From an uncultured Ignavibacteriales bacterium (lineage in GTDB: Bacteria; Zixibacteria; MSB-5A5; GN15; JAAZOE01), in the NCBI GenBank assembly GCA_964611355.1, contig CAZSYD010000003.1, positions 16,872 to 80,871 of the forward strand: a stretch of 64,000 nt of DNA, written 5' to 3'. Positions 10,450 to 19,472 of the stretch are shown piece after piece; position 1 is the first letter of the stretch, and each line of letters starts with the position of its first letter. Below the pieces are notes generated by a model. The model saw nothing but the letters and a program-made list of their open reading frames with translations. It searched no databases and was not told where the DNA came from. The position numbers and the translations under genes were made by a program.

Positions 10450-11946
10450 ATGGCGACAATTACCGCTCTTTTTATCCTCACTGCCGGCCTGGTATTAAAA
10501 CACCGCCTTAAAACCAGATTTTATATAGACGATACCTTTAATTACGCGTTTGCCGGCACTACTGTCTGGACACGCAAATCAGTCGACTCTCTCCTCTTCG
10601 ATGTCGCCGCCCGAGCCAATACCGCCTCCTCGCCGCCATTTTACCCTACCCTCTACAAGTATGTAATTTCGAGAACAAAACTCTCGCCTCTAATAGTCCA
10701 ATCCTTTTTTGACTGGCTGGCCCAGGTCGCGCTTTTTTCTATTGTCCTGTACGAATATTCCATCATTCCGGCGGTAATTGCCGTGGTTGTCTTTAATTTA
10801 TCTCCCCTGGTATTTAAGGACACACTCTACTACACCGATCGACTCTGGGCAACAACCGTTTTGTGGGTCAACTTCTGGAGTCTCGGCAATTATATATTCA
10901 ACGGAGACACGATCTTTCTTATCGTCGCCATAATCAGCTACGGCCTGCTGATTCTGAGTCATAAGCATTCCTTTCAGATGCTTTTAATCGCCTACGTGGT
11001 GTTAAGCATCGTGTATTGGACACATACATTTATGCTCGTGGTCGTATCAGGCGAACTGCTAACTTTTGCGATAACCCGCGGTTATTCGTGGGAAGTGCAC
11101 AAATCACATTTCCAGCTTTTGCGGTTTGGCTGGAAATATCTTTTTCCCAAAGGACCGGGCGGATACGGTCAGGATCAACTCTTATTTCTAAGAAAGAACG
11201 GCCCATCCGCACCAACTAATAAGTCAGCTATAAGCCTTATCCGGTTGGTGACTGCCAACTGGGATTTCGTTTTGTACACGGGTGCGCTTATCCTGATTTT
11301 GTTTAGCCAAACGGCCGGCCCAACAGGAAACGGATTTTATATATACGGGTATCTTTTTGTAACCATCTTCGCCACCGCGCTTATCACCCAAAACATCCGC
11401 CGGTTGAAATTTATCGGGGAGGGCAATCGCTACCTCCAGTATGCCGCTTTTCCGGCGGTAATGGCGATATGGCCGATCTGCCTGGCTGCAGGCTCAGCCA
11501 TAAAATTGTTAATGCTTGCCTTTCTTGTTTTCTGGGGTTTGGGCGCCTTGTATCTGGATATAAAAATACTTCGCGGCATGGCCAAAAATATCGTCAATCT
11601 ACTCGACCCTGATTTTGAAAAACTGGTCGCGTTTGTCAGGCAGAAAAGCTGGGATCGATTTATTGTTTTTCCGATCCAGAAAACTTACGGCTTCGCCTGG
11701 CTGGCCGATAAAAAAATCCTTCATTTCCTCGGGGCGAAAGGATTCCGGCAGGCCAGAGACTGGTTTCCTCAAATCCAACGCCCCATCCCCTCTTTCTATA
11801 ATGAATATAACGTCAACTACATAGTTCTTGACGAACGTTACGTCAAACCGGGCGAACTCGATCTTGGAAACGTCAGGGAAATCCACCGGGAAAATAGCTG
11901 GGTCGTTCTCGAAATCAACCGGCGGGCCGAGGTCGCCTCGCAATGA
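10450..11946 (+). CDS. polytopic membrane protein of unknown family with C-terminal soluble domain
   Basis: 498 aa. By eye there are many hydrophobic segments up to about residue 380, then a hydrophilic tail of about 115 aa. It is translationally coupled (ATGA) to the flippase gene downstream. I recognise no family motif. Confidence 0.6.
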   Translation: MATITALFILTAGLVLKHRLKTRFYIDDTFNYAFAGTTVWTRKSVDSLLFDVAARANTASSPPFYPTLYKYVISRTKLSPLIVQSFFDWLAQVALFSIVLYEYSIIPAVIAVVVFNLSPLVFKDTLYYTDRLWATTVLWVNFWSLGNYIFNGDTIFLIVAIISYGLLILSHKHSFQMLLIAYVVLSIVYWTHTFMLVVVSGELLTFAITRGYSWEVHKSHFQLLRFGWKYLFPKGPGGYGQDQLLFLRKNGPSAPTNKSAISLIRLVTANWDFVLYTGALILILFSQTAGPTGNGFYIYGYLFVTIFATALITQNIRRLKFIGEGNRYLQYAAFPAVMAIWPICLAAGSAIKLLMLAFLVFWGLGALYLDIKILRGMAKNIVNLLDPDFEKLVAFVRQKSWDRFIVFPIQKTYGFAWLADKKILHFLGAKGFRQARDWFPQIQRPIPSFYNEYNVNYIVLDERYVKPGELDLGNVREIHRENSWVVLEINRRAEVASQ

Positions 11947-13358
11947 GCCTGATCCGCCGACTCGGCAAAGAGACCGTCATTTACGGTTTCGGGAAGGCGG
12001 TCAGTTCGGCTATCGCCATCTTTTTCGTGCCGATCTATACCCGGCTTCTCGGAAGTGAAGGTTACGGTTTCGTCGATACGATCAGTGTTGCCATTTCTTT
12101 CCTGTTTATCATTACCGTGGCCGGTCTCGATTCCGCTGCCGGCTTTTACTATTTCGACGTCAAAACCGATAATGAAAAACGAACCGTCCTTTTCAACGGA
12201 CTGCTCTTCAGGTCGGCGGCGTCGATTATTCTGCCTGTTTTGGTCTTTCCGGCCTTCTGGATTTTTTTGGCTCAACGCAGCGTCGAATCCCACGCGGCCA
12301 TACCGTTCGTGATTCTCGGTCTGCTTCGGATTCCTTTTATGACCCTGCAGAACTTCTGTCGGGATACGATGCGGCTGGAAAACCGGGTCTGGCCTTTTTT
12401 CTGGACAACTCTCATTTATTCTCTGCTGGCGGTTCTTTTCCCGATACTGCTGGTCATTGTCCTGAGACGAGGCGTTCTGGGCGTCTTCGAAGCCGCCCTG
12501 GCCGCCGAAGCGCTTACCGGTTTATTATTTCTGGCCATTCTACGACGCAGGCTCCGGCCTCACGTTGATACCGCTCTACTTAAACGGCTCCTGGTTTACG
12601 GCCTGCCGATCCTGCCGACCTCCTTCATGTTCTATGCCATGGCTTCCACCGATCGGTTTTTCATCCTTGGGAAACTGGGACTGTCGTCGGCCGGGCTTTA
12701 CGCCGTCGGAAACAAGCTGGCGCTGATTGTGGCCTTCGCCGTCGGCAGCTATCAACTGGCCTGGGGGGTATTCGGTCTGTCCATCAAGGATCACCCCGAG
12801 GCCCGGGTAACGTATTCCCGGGTTCTGACGCTCTATTCGATAGGATTCGGATTCTTGAGTATAGCAATCACCCTGTTTAGTTTCGAGGGGTTGGTCCTTT
12901 TGGCCACACCCGAATTTTATCCGGCCGCGGGCATAATCGGCTTTTTATGCATGGCTCAGTTCATCAACGGCATGTACAACCAGGTCTGTATCGGTTCGGT
13001 TATTACCAAAAAGACAATCAATATACCGATCTCCGGCGCGGCCGGACTGATTGTCAACCTGGTCGGAAACATGGTACTTATCGATCTTTGGGGCCTGCCC
13101 GGCGCCGCCATTGCCACTTTGATGGGATACGCCGTCTGCGTTTTGGTCTTGTATGCTCTCTCGCAGAAAGCTTACCCGATAGATTATAAAATCGTACCCG
13201 TTCTGGCGCCTGTCATGATGGCCTTGGCCGCCTCGGTGATAATTATATTCCTGCCGAAGCAAATCACGATACCGGGAGTTGTTGTCAAGGCCGTTATTCT
13301 TTTGTTGATAGGTGTTTTATTCTTTGCTATGGAAAAGCATTACCGAAAGAGGACATAG
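11943..13358 (+). CDS. wzx: polysaccharide flippase (MOP/Wzx family)
   Basis: 471 aa and highly hydrophobic throughout. The N-terminus GKETVIYGFGKAVSSAIAIFFVPIYTRLLGSEGYG is typical of Wzx-type polysaccharide biosynthesis proteins. Confidence 0.8.
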   Translation: MSLIRRLGKETVIYGFGKAVSSAIAIFFVPIYTRLLGSEGYGFVDTISVAISFLFIITVAGLDSAAGFYYFDVKTDNEKRTVLFNGLLFRSAASIILPVLVFPAFWIFLAQRSVESHAAIPFVILGLLRIPFMTLQNFCRDTMRLENRVWPFFWTTLIYSLLAVLFPILLVIVLRRGVLGVFEAALAAEALTGLLFLAILRRRLRPHVDTALLKRLLVYGLPILPTSFMFYAMASTDRFFILGKLGLSSAGLYAVGNKLALIVAFAVGSYQLAWGVFGLSIKDHPEARVTYSRVLTLYSIGFGFLSIAITLFSFEGLVLLATPEFYPAAGIIGFLCMAQFINGMYNQVCIGSVITKKTINIPISGAAGLIVNLVGNMVLIDLWGLPGAAIATLMGYAVCVLVLYALSQKAYPIDYKIVPVLAPVMMALAASVIIIFLPKQITIPGVVVKAVILLLIGVLFFAMEKHYRKRT

Positions 13359-13982
13359 GTGCGCATAATTAGGAAAATTATTGAAAAGCCGATTGTTGTG
13401 AGGAGAAACCACCTCTTTCACTATAAGCCCTCAATGCCGCTTGACATTCCATTGCCCGGTCTATCGTCGGAATATGATTTATATTACCCGTATAATTTTG
13501 AACTTTTATCCCCGGACATGTTTGAGGGAGGAAAACAGGAATATCTCGGGATTTGTTCGCGCGCAGAGTCGGGAGATAGGTTGGGCGTTGTTATTGCCGG
13601 CAATAAAGTGGTTCACCGTTCACTTGTTCAAACAGCCGGAATCGCCGCTATGGAAGGCGATCCCAAGGCTATCTCATTGCGCAATGGTCAAATCTATATT
13701 CATTGGTGTGAGACGGTGACTTCGTGCTCCGGCATGGGTTTGTATTCCAACATGATGCGGGCTATTCTTATGCACTCGTTCGATGAACTCGACCTTAGTG
13801 AAGCGCTAATTGCTTGTCGTCAAAGTAACGTCGGTTCGATCAAAGGAATCATGCGAGCCGGTTTTGTATATATTCGCTCCAGTACTGCCGTCAGTTTTCT
13901 GAGAGGAACCGTCAGTCACAGTTTCTGGCATCAAGTGTCGCAGCCGCCGGAGATACTTTCGGGAAACCGCAATGAGATATGA
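13359..13982 (+). CDS. hypothetical protein, possibly GNAT-fold acetyltransferase
   Basis: 207 aa. The GTG start directly follows the wzx stop. IHWCETVTSCSGMGLYSNMMRAILMHSF...CRQSNVGSIKGIMRAGFVYI resembles the GNAT acetyl-CoA-binding core. This is a weak call. Confidence 0.45.
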   Translation: MRIIRKIIEKPIVVRRNHLFHYKPSMPLDIPLPGLSSEYDLYYPYNFELLSPDMFEGGKQEYLGICSRAESGDRLGVVIAGNKVVHRSLVQTAGIAAMEGDPKAISLRNGQIYIHWCETVTSCSGMGLYSNMMRAILMHSFDELDLSEALIACRQSNVGSIKGIMRAGFVYIRSSTAVSFLRGTVSHSFWHQVSQPPEILSGNRNEI

Positions 13983-15093
13983 TATCCATAACGAACGCTG
14001 CATAGATTTTTCAATACGACGGCAAGCCACACTCCCCTGGCCCGACGGTCAAACCCGTTATTTCGCATCCGGTCGAGAAGCCCTGACAGCTCTTATCAAA
14101 GCGCCGAATCCGCCGCCCGAAAGCAGCGTTCTGCTGCCCGCATATGTACCGGAAGGAGTCATCGCTCCCTTCCTGCGTTGTGGTTGGAAGGTCGGCTTTT
14201 ATCCCCTCACCCGCTATCTTGACCCCGATTGGGAACAGTTGGAAAAAATGCTGAGGGACAGTTCTCCAAAACTGGCGGTCATGATCCATTATTTCGGACT
14301 GCAAAAGCCAATCAATCGGTTCTGCGAATTATGCCGCCGTTATGGGACTCTCGTCATTGAAGATATGGCCCATGTGATTCAGGATGCGGACGGGTCTATG
14401 GGTTCTACCGGCGATTTTGTTCTCTATTCCCTTCCCAAAATGCTCGGCGTACCCGACGGCGCGCCTCTGGTAATTCGCGCCGAGCAATTCAACATCGATG
14501 AATTAACTTTCAAATCAAGCCGGTTGCATACGTTGTATCTTTTGCAACAGATGGTCGTTCTGACGGCAAATACGCTATCGCGTAAGATTCCGACAGCGCG
14601 ATATTGTCGTCTCGGTCGTCATCTGGCCGGGCGGCTGGCCGATCCTTATTCGACCTTGATGAGATATTTTGAAAAACCTCATCGCATGTCCCGGATTTCA
14701 AGATTTATTGTCAACCGGACTGACTTCCCCGCAATCGTCCGGCGGCGGCGCAGATACACGCAGTTGTACCGGAAAGGGCTAAACCCCGACATTTTTGAAC
14801 GATTTCCCGAATCAGGCGAGGGACAGCACGGTATGTTTGGCTTCCCGACGCTGGTCAACGACCGGGACACCCTTATACGCTCGCTTGCCCTAAACGGTAT
14901 CGAAGGTATTTATCTCGAAGACCGGTGGGATTTCATTCCCGAAGAAGACAGGCCCCGGCATCAGGCCGCCATCGATACGATGAAACGACATTTCCTGTTT
15001 CCGACTTCCCCGCATCTCAGGCAGAACGAAATTGAGTACATTATCGACTGCGCCAATGAATGGGCGCGATCGCGTGTCGGGGTGGCAGTATGA
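13972..15093 (+). CDS. divergent DegT-like fold-type-I PLP-dependent enzyme
   Basis: 373 aa with LLPAYVPEGVIAPF, AVMIHYFGL, LVIEDMAHV and YSLPKMLGVPDGA (candidate PLP lysine). It is less canonical than ORF 5325..6473. Confidence 0.6.
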   Translation: MRYDIHNERCIDFSIRRQATLPWPDGQTRYFASGREALTALIKAPNPPPESSVLLPAYVPEGVIAPFLRCGWKVGFYPLTRYLDPDWEQLEKMLRDSSPKLAVMIHYFGLQKPINRFCELCRRYGTLVIEDMAHVIQDADGSMGSTGDFVLYSLPKMLGVPDGAPLVIRAEQFNIDELTFKSSRLHTLYLLQQMVVLTANTLSRKIPTARYCRLGRHLAGRLADPYSTLMRYFEKPHRMSRISRFIVNRTDFPAIVRRRRRYTQLYRKGLNPDIFERFPESGEGQHGMFGFPTLVNDRDTLIRSLALNGIEGIYLEDRWDFIPEEDRPRHQAAIDTMKRHFLFPTSPHLRQNEIEYIIDCANEWARSRVGVAV

Positions 15094-16127
15094 AGAGGAT
15101 TGACCTGGACAAAAAAGACATGGTCGCTTTTGTAATCAATGACGAAGCCGACTTTGAACGCTGGGACCGTTTCGTTGCCGATTCTCCCCAATCCAACCCG
15201 TTTGCGACTTCTCATTGGCTGAAGGCCATGTCGCACGCCCTGGATATAAATACTGATTTATGGGTAACAGCCAGAGGGGAGGAATGGCTGGCGGGCGTAC
15301 CGATATATTACCGCCGGCGTTTTGGGCGAAAGGCAGCCGTTCTGACGCCGCTGACCCCGTATAATTCATACTTATATCGTCCGGCAACCGGAAGTTATCC
15401 TTCAAAAACTACCTCGGAGCATATTGCCGTAACGCGGTCTCTGTCGGGCGCCATGATAAAGCATTATTCCCGATTATCGCATTTACTTTTTCCCACTGTC
15501 GACGATATCAGGCCCTGGAGTTGGGCCGGATGGAGCACAGTAACTCGCTATACATATCATCTGGAACTGGATAAGGATTTGCAGGTAAGTCACGCTATCC
15601 GCAAACATATGAAGAAGTGTGATAAGGCGGGCTTCAGTATATCATTTGATTGGGATTTGGAAAAGTTCTGGAACATCTATCAGGTTACTCAGCAAAGGCA
15701 GGTTTTTGGCATTGGGATGAGTAAGGAATCGTTTTTTACGCTGGCTAATGCCATGCACGATAATAACCTGGCATGGACGGCATGTGCAGTTTCGCCGGAA
15801 GGCGAGACAGCCGCCTCCCGTATCGAGCTTGCCATCCCTGGAACATCGGGGATATTCGACTGGGTGGCGGGAAGCCTGCCGGAATCCCTAAGCTCCGGGG
15901 TTAACCCCTGGCTGATGATGCAAATCGCCGAGAAAGCGCGCGACGAAGGGTACCGGTTCTTGGATCTGTGCGGGGCCGATTTTGAAACGATCGCCAGGTT
16001 CAAGAGCGAATTCGGCGGGAAGCTGATCCATTACTTCCAGGTCTCGGCTCCACAATCGCCTGTCCAAAAGGCCTTTTCTGTCGTTCGCAGGATGATTTCC
16101 GGCCGACAGAGAGGGGCGACCGGATGA
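15090..16127 (+). CDS. FemAB-like / BioF2-like acyltransferase (second copy, diverged)
   Basis: The ATG at 15090 overlaps the upstream stop (ATGA). HAIRKHMKKCDKAGFSI...GVNPWLMMQIAEKARDEGYRFLDLCGA...ARFKSEFGG parallels ORF 6521..7594. Confidence 0.65.
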   Translation: MKRIDLDKKDMVAFVINDEADFERWDRFVADSPQSNPFATSHWLKAMSHALDINTDLWVTARGEEWLAGVPIYYRRRFGRKAAVLTPLTPYNSYLYRPATGSYPSKTTSEHIAVTRSLSGAMIKHYSRLSHLLFPTVDDIRPWSWAGWSTVTRYTYHLELDKDLQVSHAIRKHMKKCDKAGFSISFDWDLEKFWNIYQVTQQRQVFGIGMSKESFFTLANAMHDNNLAWTACAVSPEGETAASRIELAIPGTSGIFDWVAGSLPESLSSGVNPWLMMQIAEKARDEGYRFLDLCGADFETIARFKSEFGGKLIHYFQVSAPQSPVQKAFSVVRRMISGRQRGATG

Positions 16128-17398
16128 CGACTTCCTTTCAGGAATCGGAAAAAACACGCGAATACGTTCAACGTTTCGTCGGCAACCTGCTGGGAAAGGC
16201 CATTTCATTTGACAACATCGAGCCGGCGCTGGCCGAGTCCTGCTTTTATGCTCTAACCCGGCAGGAGGAATTGGATTCGCCCATACGTGACCAATGGGGC
16301 AACTGGGACTGGCCCTTTTGCGACGCCCAGCGGCGCGGCGAACTGTATATTCCCTGGCTGGATATACCGCTAACATCGCTTCGCAACCAGATTGGAAAGC
16401 AGCAGGCCAAAGTCGCCGCCGAACCGCTCTGGCCGGACGGTAAATCATTCGCCTTATGTCTCACTCACGACGTGGACGAAGTGTCTCATCGCAGCGCTTT
16501 ACATACAAGAGCGCGCTCGATTCAGCTTGCCGTTCGGGCCGGGCAGAAATGGCCCGGAGTAATTAAGCAGGCAACAGCCTTCGCCTATGATTCGCTCACT
16601 CAACGGCGCCCGCCTTCTTCTTCCTCTGAAAGGCAGTATGAAGACTGGCAGAAACTGGAAGACGAGCACGGTTTCAAATCTACCTTTTTCTTTTTCCCAT
16701 CGCATCCCGGCCGCCCGCATATCTGGGATTGCACTTATCGTTTCAGCGATAAAATCCAATCTAAAAACGGTAAAATATCGGTAGCCGAGATGTTGCGCGA
16801 GATTGACCGGGCCGGTTGGGAAATCGGCCTGCACGGCAGTTACCATTCGGCCACGGAACCGGAATTGTTGAAGGACGAGCTCAGGCAGGTTGAAGAAGCG
16901 CTCGGACATCGAATTATAAGCATCCGCCAGCATTATCTGCATTACGACATCGGCACGACCCCCCGACTGCAGGCGGACGCCGGACTGAGGGCTGACTCTA
17001 CGCAGGGTTTCAATCGCTGCGTCGGTTTCCGCGCAGGCACTTCCTTTCCGTACTGGTGCTGGGACCATAGATCAGGCCGTATTCTTCCCGTACTGGAGAT
17101 TCCGCAAATGATAATGGACGGCGCGCTATTCCAGCCGAACAGCCTGGAATATGATGAAGAAACCGCTACTCGCCACAGCCTGCAGATTATGGATACGGTG
17201 GAAAAGGTCGGCGGCTGCCTGACCCTCAACTGGCATCCGAACTATCTCAACGACGACAAATGGTGGAACGTCTATAAGACCCTGCTTGAAGAAGCCGCCC
17301 GGCGCAACGCCTGGGGGTGCTCAATAAAACAACTTTACAAGTGGTGGACGGCCCGGGAACAAAGGATTTACAATTCTCTGCCCGGCCAAAATTTATAA
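16124..17398 (+). CDS. polysaccharide-deacetylase-like (CE4-like) protein
   Basis: 424 aa with LCLTHDVDEV, KSTFFFFPSH and GWEIGLHGSYHS. This is the same motif series as ORF 8630..9382. It overlaps the upstream gene as ATGA. Confidence 0.55.
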   Translation: MTTSFQESEKTREYVQRFVGNLLGKAISFDNIEPALAESCFYALTRQEELDSPIRDQWGNWDWPFCDAQRRGELYIPWLDIPLTSLRNQIGKQQAKVAAEPLWPDGKSFALCLTHDVDEVSHRSALHTRARSIQLAVRAGQKWPGVIKQATAFAYDSLTQRRPPSSSSERQYEDWQKLEDEHGFKSTFFFFPSHPGRPHIWDCTYRFSDKIQSKNGKISVAEMLREIDRAGWEIGLHGSYHSATEPELLKDELRQVEEALGHRIISIRQHYLHYDIGTTPRLQADAGLRADSTQGFNRCVGFRAGTSFPYWCWDHRSGRILPVLEIPQMIMDGALFQPNSLEYDEETATRHSLQIMDTVEKVGGCLTLNWHPNYLNDDKWWNVYKTLLEEAARRNAWGCSIKQLYKWWTAREQRIYNSLPGQNL

Positions 17399-17592
17399 TA
17401 TCCGTCCCTGTTAAGATATTTCCCCAAAAGGCCAAACGGGTGGCGTTAAGCCGAAATTTAATTGTCTTTTTGCCCTATGCCGTATAAGTTTACGATTGCG
17501 GTACTTGAGATTTGGCTATAATATACCCGTTTTTGAGAAAAGGGAATTTTCTCTACCGGTACACACACCGTTGAAGGGAAGCAGGCCTGCCG

Positions 17593-19458
17593 ATGTGCGG
17601 TATTTCAGTAATCATTAATCGATCGAATAATTCGATTGACAGAGCGCATATTGAAGCGATGACCGATATTATCGCCCACCGCGGCCCGGACGACAGCGGA
17701 TATTATTTCGGACGCAATTTCGCCTTCGGACACCGCCGGCTGGCGATTATCGACCTTAGCCCGCTCGGCCATCAACCGATGCATTATCTCGATCGTTACA
17801 CGATTGTTGCCAACGGAGAGATATATAATTACCTGGAGCTTCGTGATGAACTACGCCGCTACGGCTACCATTTCAGGTCACAATCCGATACGGAAGTAAC
17901 GCTGGCCGCCTATGACCAATGGGGAGAAGAATGCGTCAGCCGTTTCAACGGTATGTGGGCTTTTGCGATCTACGACAAGGAAAAAGAGACTATCTTTTGT
18001 TCCCGGGACAGGTTTGGCATCAAGCCGTTTTATTACTCCGAAATCGGCGAGACGATGCTGTTCGCCTCCGAGATCAAACAGTTTACCGCGATTGACGGGT
18101 GGCGGGCGCGCTTGAATAAAAGGCGAGCTTATGAATTTCTAATTTACGGAATTAGAAATCATTCCGATGAAACTCTCTTTGACATCGTCAGGCAGTTGCC
18201 CGCGGGCCACAATCTGGCTTATAATCTCAGGACTCATAATTATTCAATCCGGAAATGGTACGACCTGAAAAACAAAGGGAATAGAAAAAAAACGGACTTT
18301 AAAACAGCCAGACGGGAGTTTGCCGACCTGTTCACCGACGCGGTGAGATTGCGGCTGCGCTCCGATGTCAAAGTCGGTTCCTGTCTGTCGGGCGGGTTGG
18401 ACAGTTCATCGATCGTCTGCGTTGTCAACCATCTGCTCAGGGAACAAAACGCTCACGGCAAACAGGAAACCGTATCCTCCTGCTTTGATATCAGCCGATA
18501 TGATGAACAGAAGTATATTAATGCCGTGGCTGCCAAAACCAAGGTCGTGTCGCACCGGGTTTTCCCTCGATTCGACGAACTGTTTTCAAAGCTGGATAAG
18601 ATTACCTGGCACCAGGACGAACCGTTTGTGTCGACCAGTATCTTTGCGCAATGGGAAGTCTTCAGGGCGGCCGGTGAAAATCGCATTACCGTGATGCTCG
18701 ACGGTCAGGGCGCCGATGAACTGCTGGGGGGATATCATATCTTTTACGGGAAATATCTGGCCGGCCTTTTGAGCCGTGGGAAAATATTCAGGCTGAAAAG
18801 GGAAATGGAACGGCTCAGGGAACTCCAGGATTACTCGATTCGGCAGATTGTCCGTTCGATGCTGGGTAACCTGCCGCCGAATTTCCTGAGAAAAACGGCC
18901 AGAAAGACCAACTCCAATGAAATCTCACACGCCGTTCGCCGGGACGGGATATCTGGTTCTTCGGAACTCTGGCAGGCGCCGACCCGGACTATGCGCGAAG
19001 AATCGCTGGCCGAGATTGAATTCACGCACCTGCCGATTCTGCTTCACTACGAAGACAGAAATTCGATGGCTCATTCGATCGAATCGCGAGTTCCTTTCCT
19101 TGATTATCGTCTGGTGGAATTTGCTCTCAGTTTGCCTGATGAGTACAAGACTAAAAACGCCGCCGCCAAGTATATTCTCAGGGAATCATTGCGGGAGAAA
19201 GTCCCTGAGAGCGTCATTAATCGCCACGACAAAATGGGCTTTGTCACCCCGGAAGAAGTGTGGCTAAAACAAAACGGAACTTCTTTCAGAAAGGAACTGG
19301 AGGACACCATCCGATCTTCCAACGGGCTCATCAACAGCAATATCCTTGGTATCCTGGACGCCGTCACTCAGGGAAAAAGGCCTTTTGACTTCACCATCTG
19401 GCGGTTTATCGCCTTCGGAAGATGGCTGAAGGTATTCGATGTAACCATCGACAATTGA
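17593..19458 (+). CDS. asparagine synthase (glutamine-hydrolysing)-type amidotransferase
   Basis: 621 aa. The N-terminal MCGI nucleophile is followed by HRGPDD, and SCLSGGLDSS is the PP-loop. This is the classical AsnB two-domain layout. Confidence 0.9.
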   Translation: MCGISVIINRSNNSIDRAHIEAMTDIIAHRGPDDSGYYFGRNFAFGHRRLAIIDLSPLGHQPMHYLDRYTIVANGEIYNYLELRDELRRYGYHFRSQSDTEVTLAAYDQWGEECVSRFNGMWAFAIYDKEKETIFCSRDRFGIKPFYYSEIGETMLFASEIKQFTAIDGWRARLNKRRAYEFLIYGIRNHSDETLFDIVRQLPAGHNLAYNLRTHNYSIRKWYDLKNKGNRKKTDFKTARREFADLFTDAVRLRLRSDVKVGSCLSGGLDSSSIVCVVNHLLREQNAHGKQETVSSCFDISRYDEQKYINAVAAKTKVVSHRVFPRFDELFSKLDKITWHQDEPFVSTSIFAQWEVFRAAGENRITVMLDGQGADELLGGYHIFYGKYLAGLLSRGKIFRLKREMERLRELQDYSIRQIVRSMLGNLPPNFLRKTARKTNSNEISHAVRRDGISGSSELWQAPTRTMREESLAEIEFTHLPILLHYEDRNSMAHSIESRVPFLDYRLVEFALSLPDEYKTKNAAAKYILRESLREKVPESVINRHDKMGFVTPEEVWLKQNGTSFRKELEDTIRSSNGLINSNILGILDAVTQGKRPFDFTIWRFIAFGRWLKVFDVTIDN

Positions 19459-19472
19459 CAAAGGATGCCGGT

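Noticed and set aside
10450-11946. Considered calling this polytopic membrane protein an exosortase, given the PEP-CTERM-like gene content around it.
   Set aside because: I could not find an exosortase-like conserved Cys/Arg/His motif arrangement, and no PEP-CTERM substrate is visible. It is left as an unknown membrane protein.
15888-17068. Minus-strand ORFs of 186 aa (15888-16448) and 189 aa (16499-17068).
   Set aside because: They are antisense to the FemAB-like and deacetylase-like genes. They are Arg/Pro/Ala-rich with no motifs.
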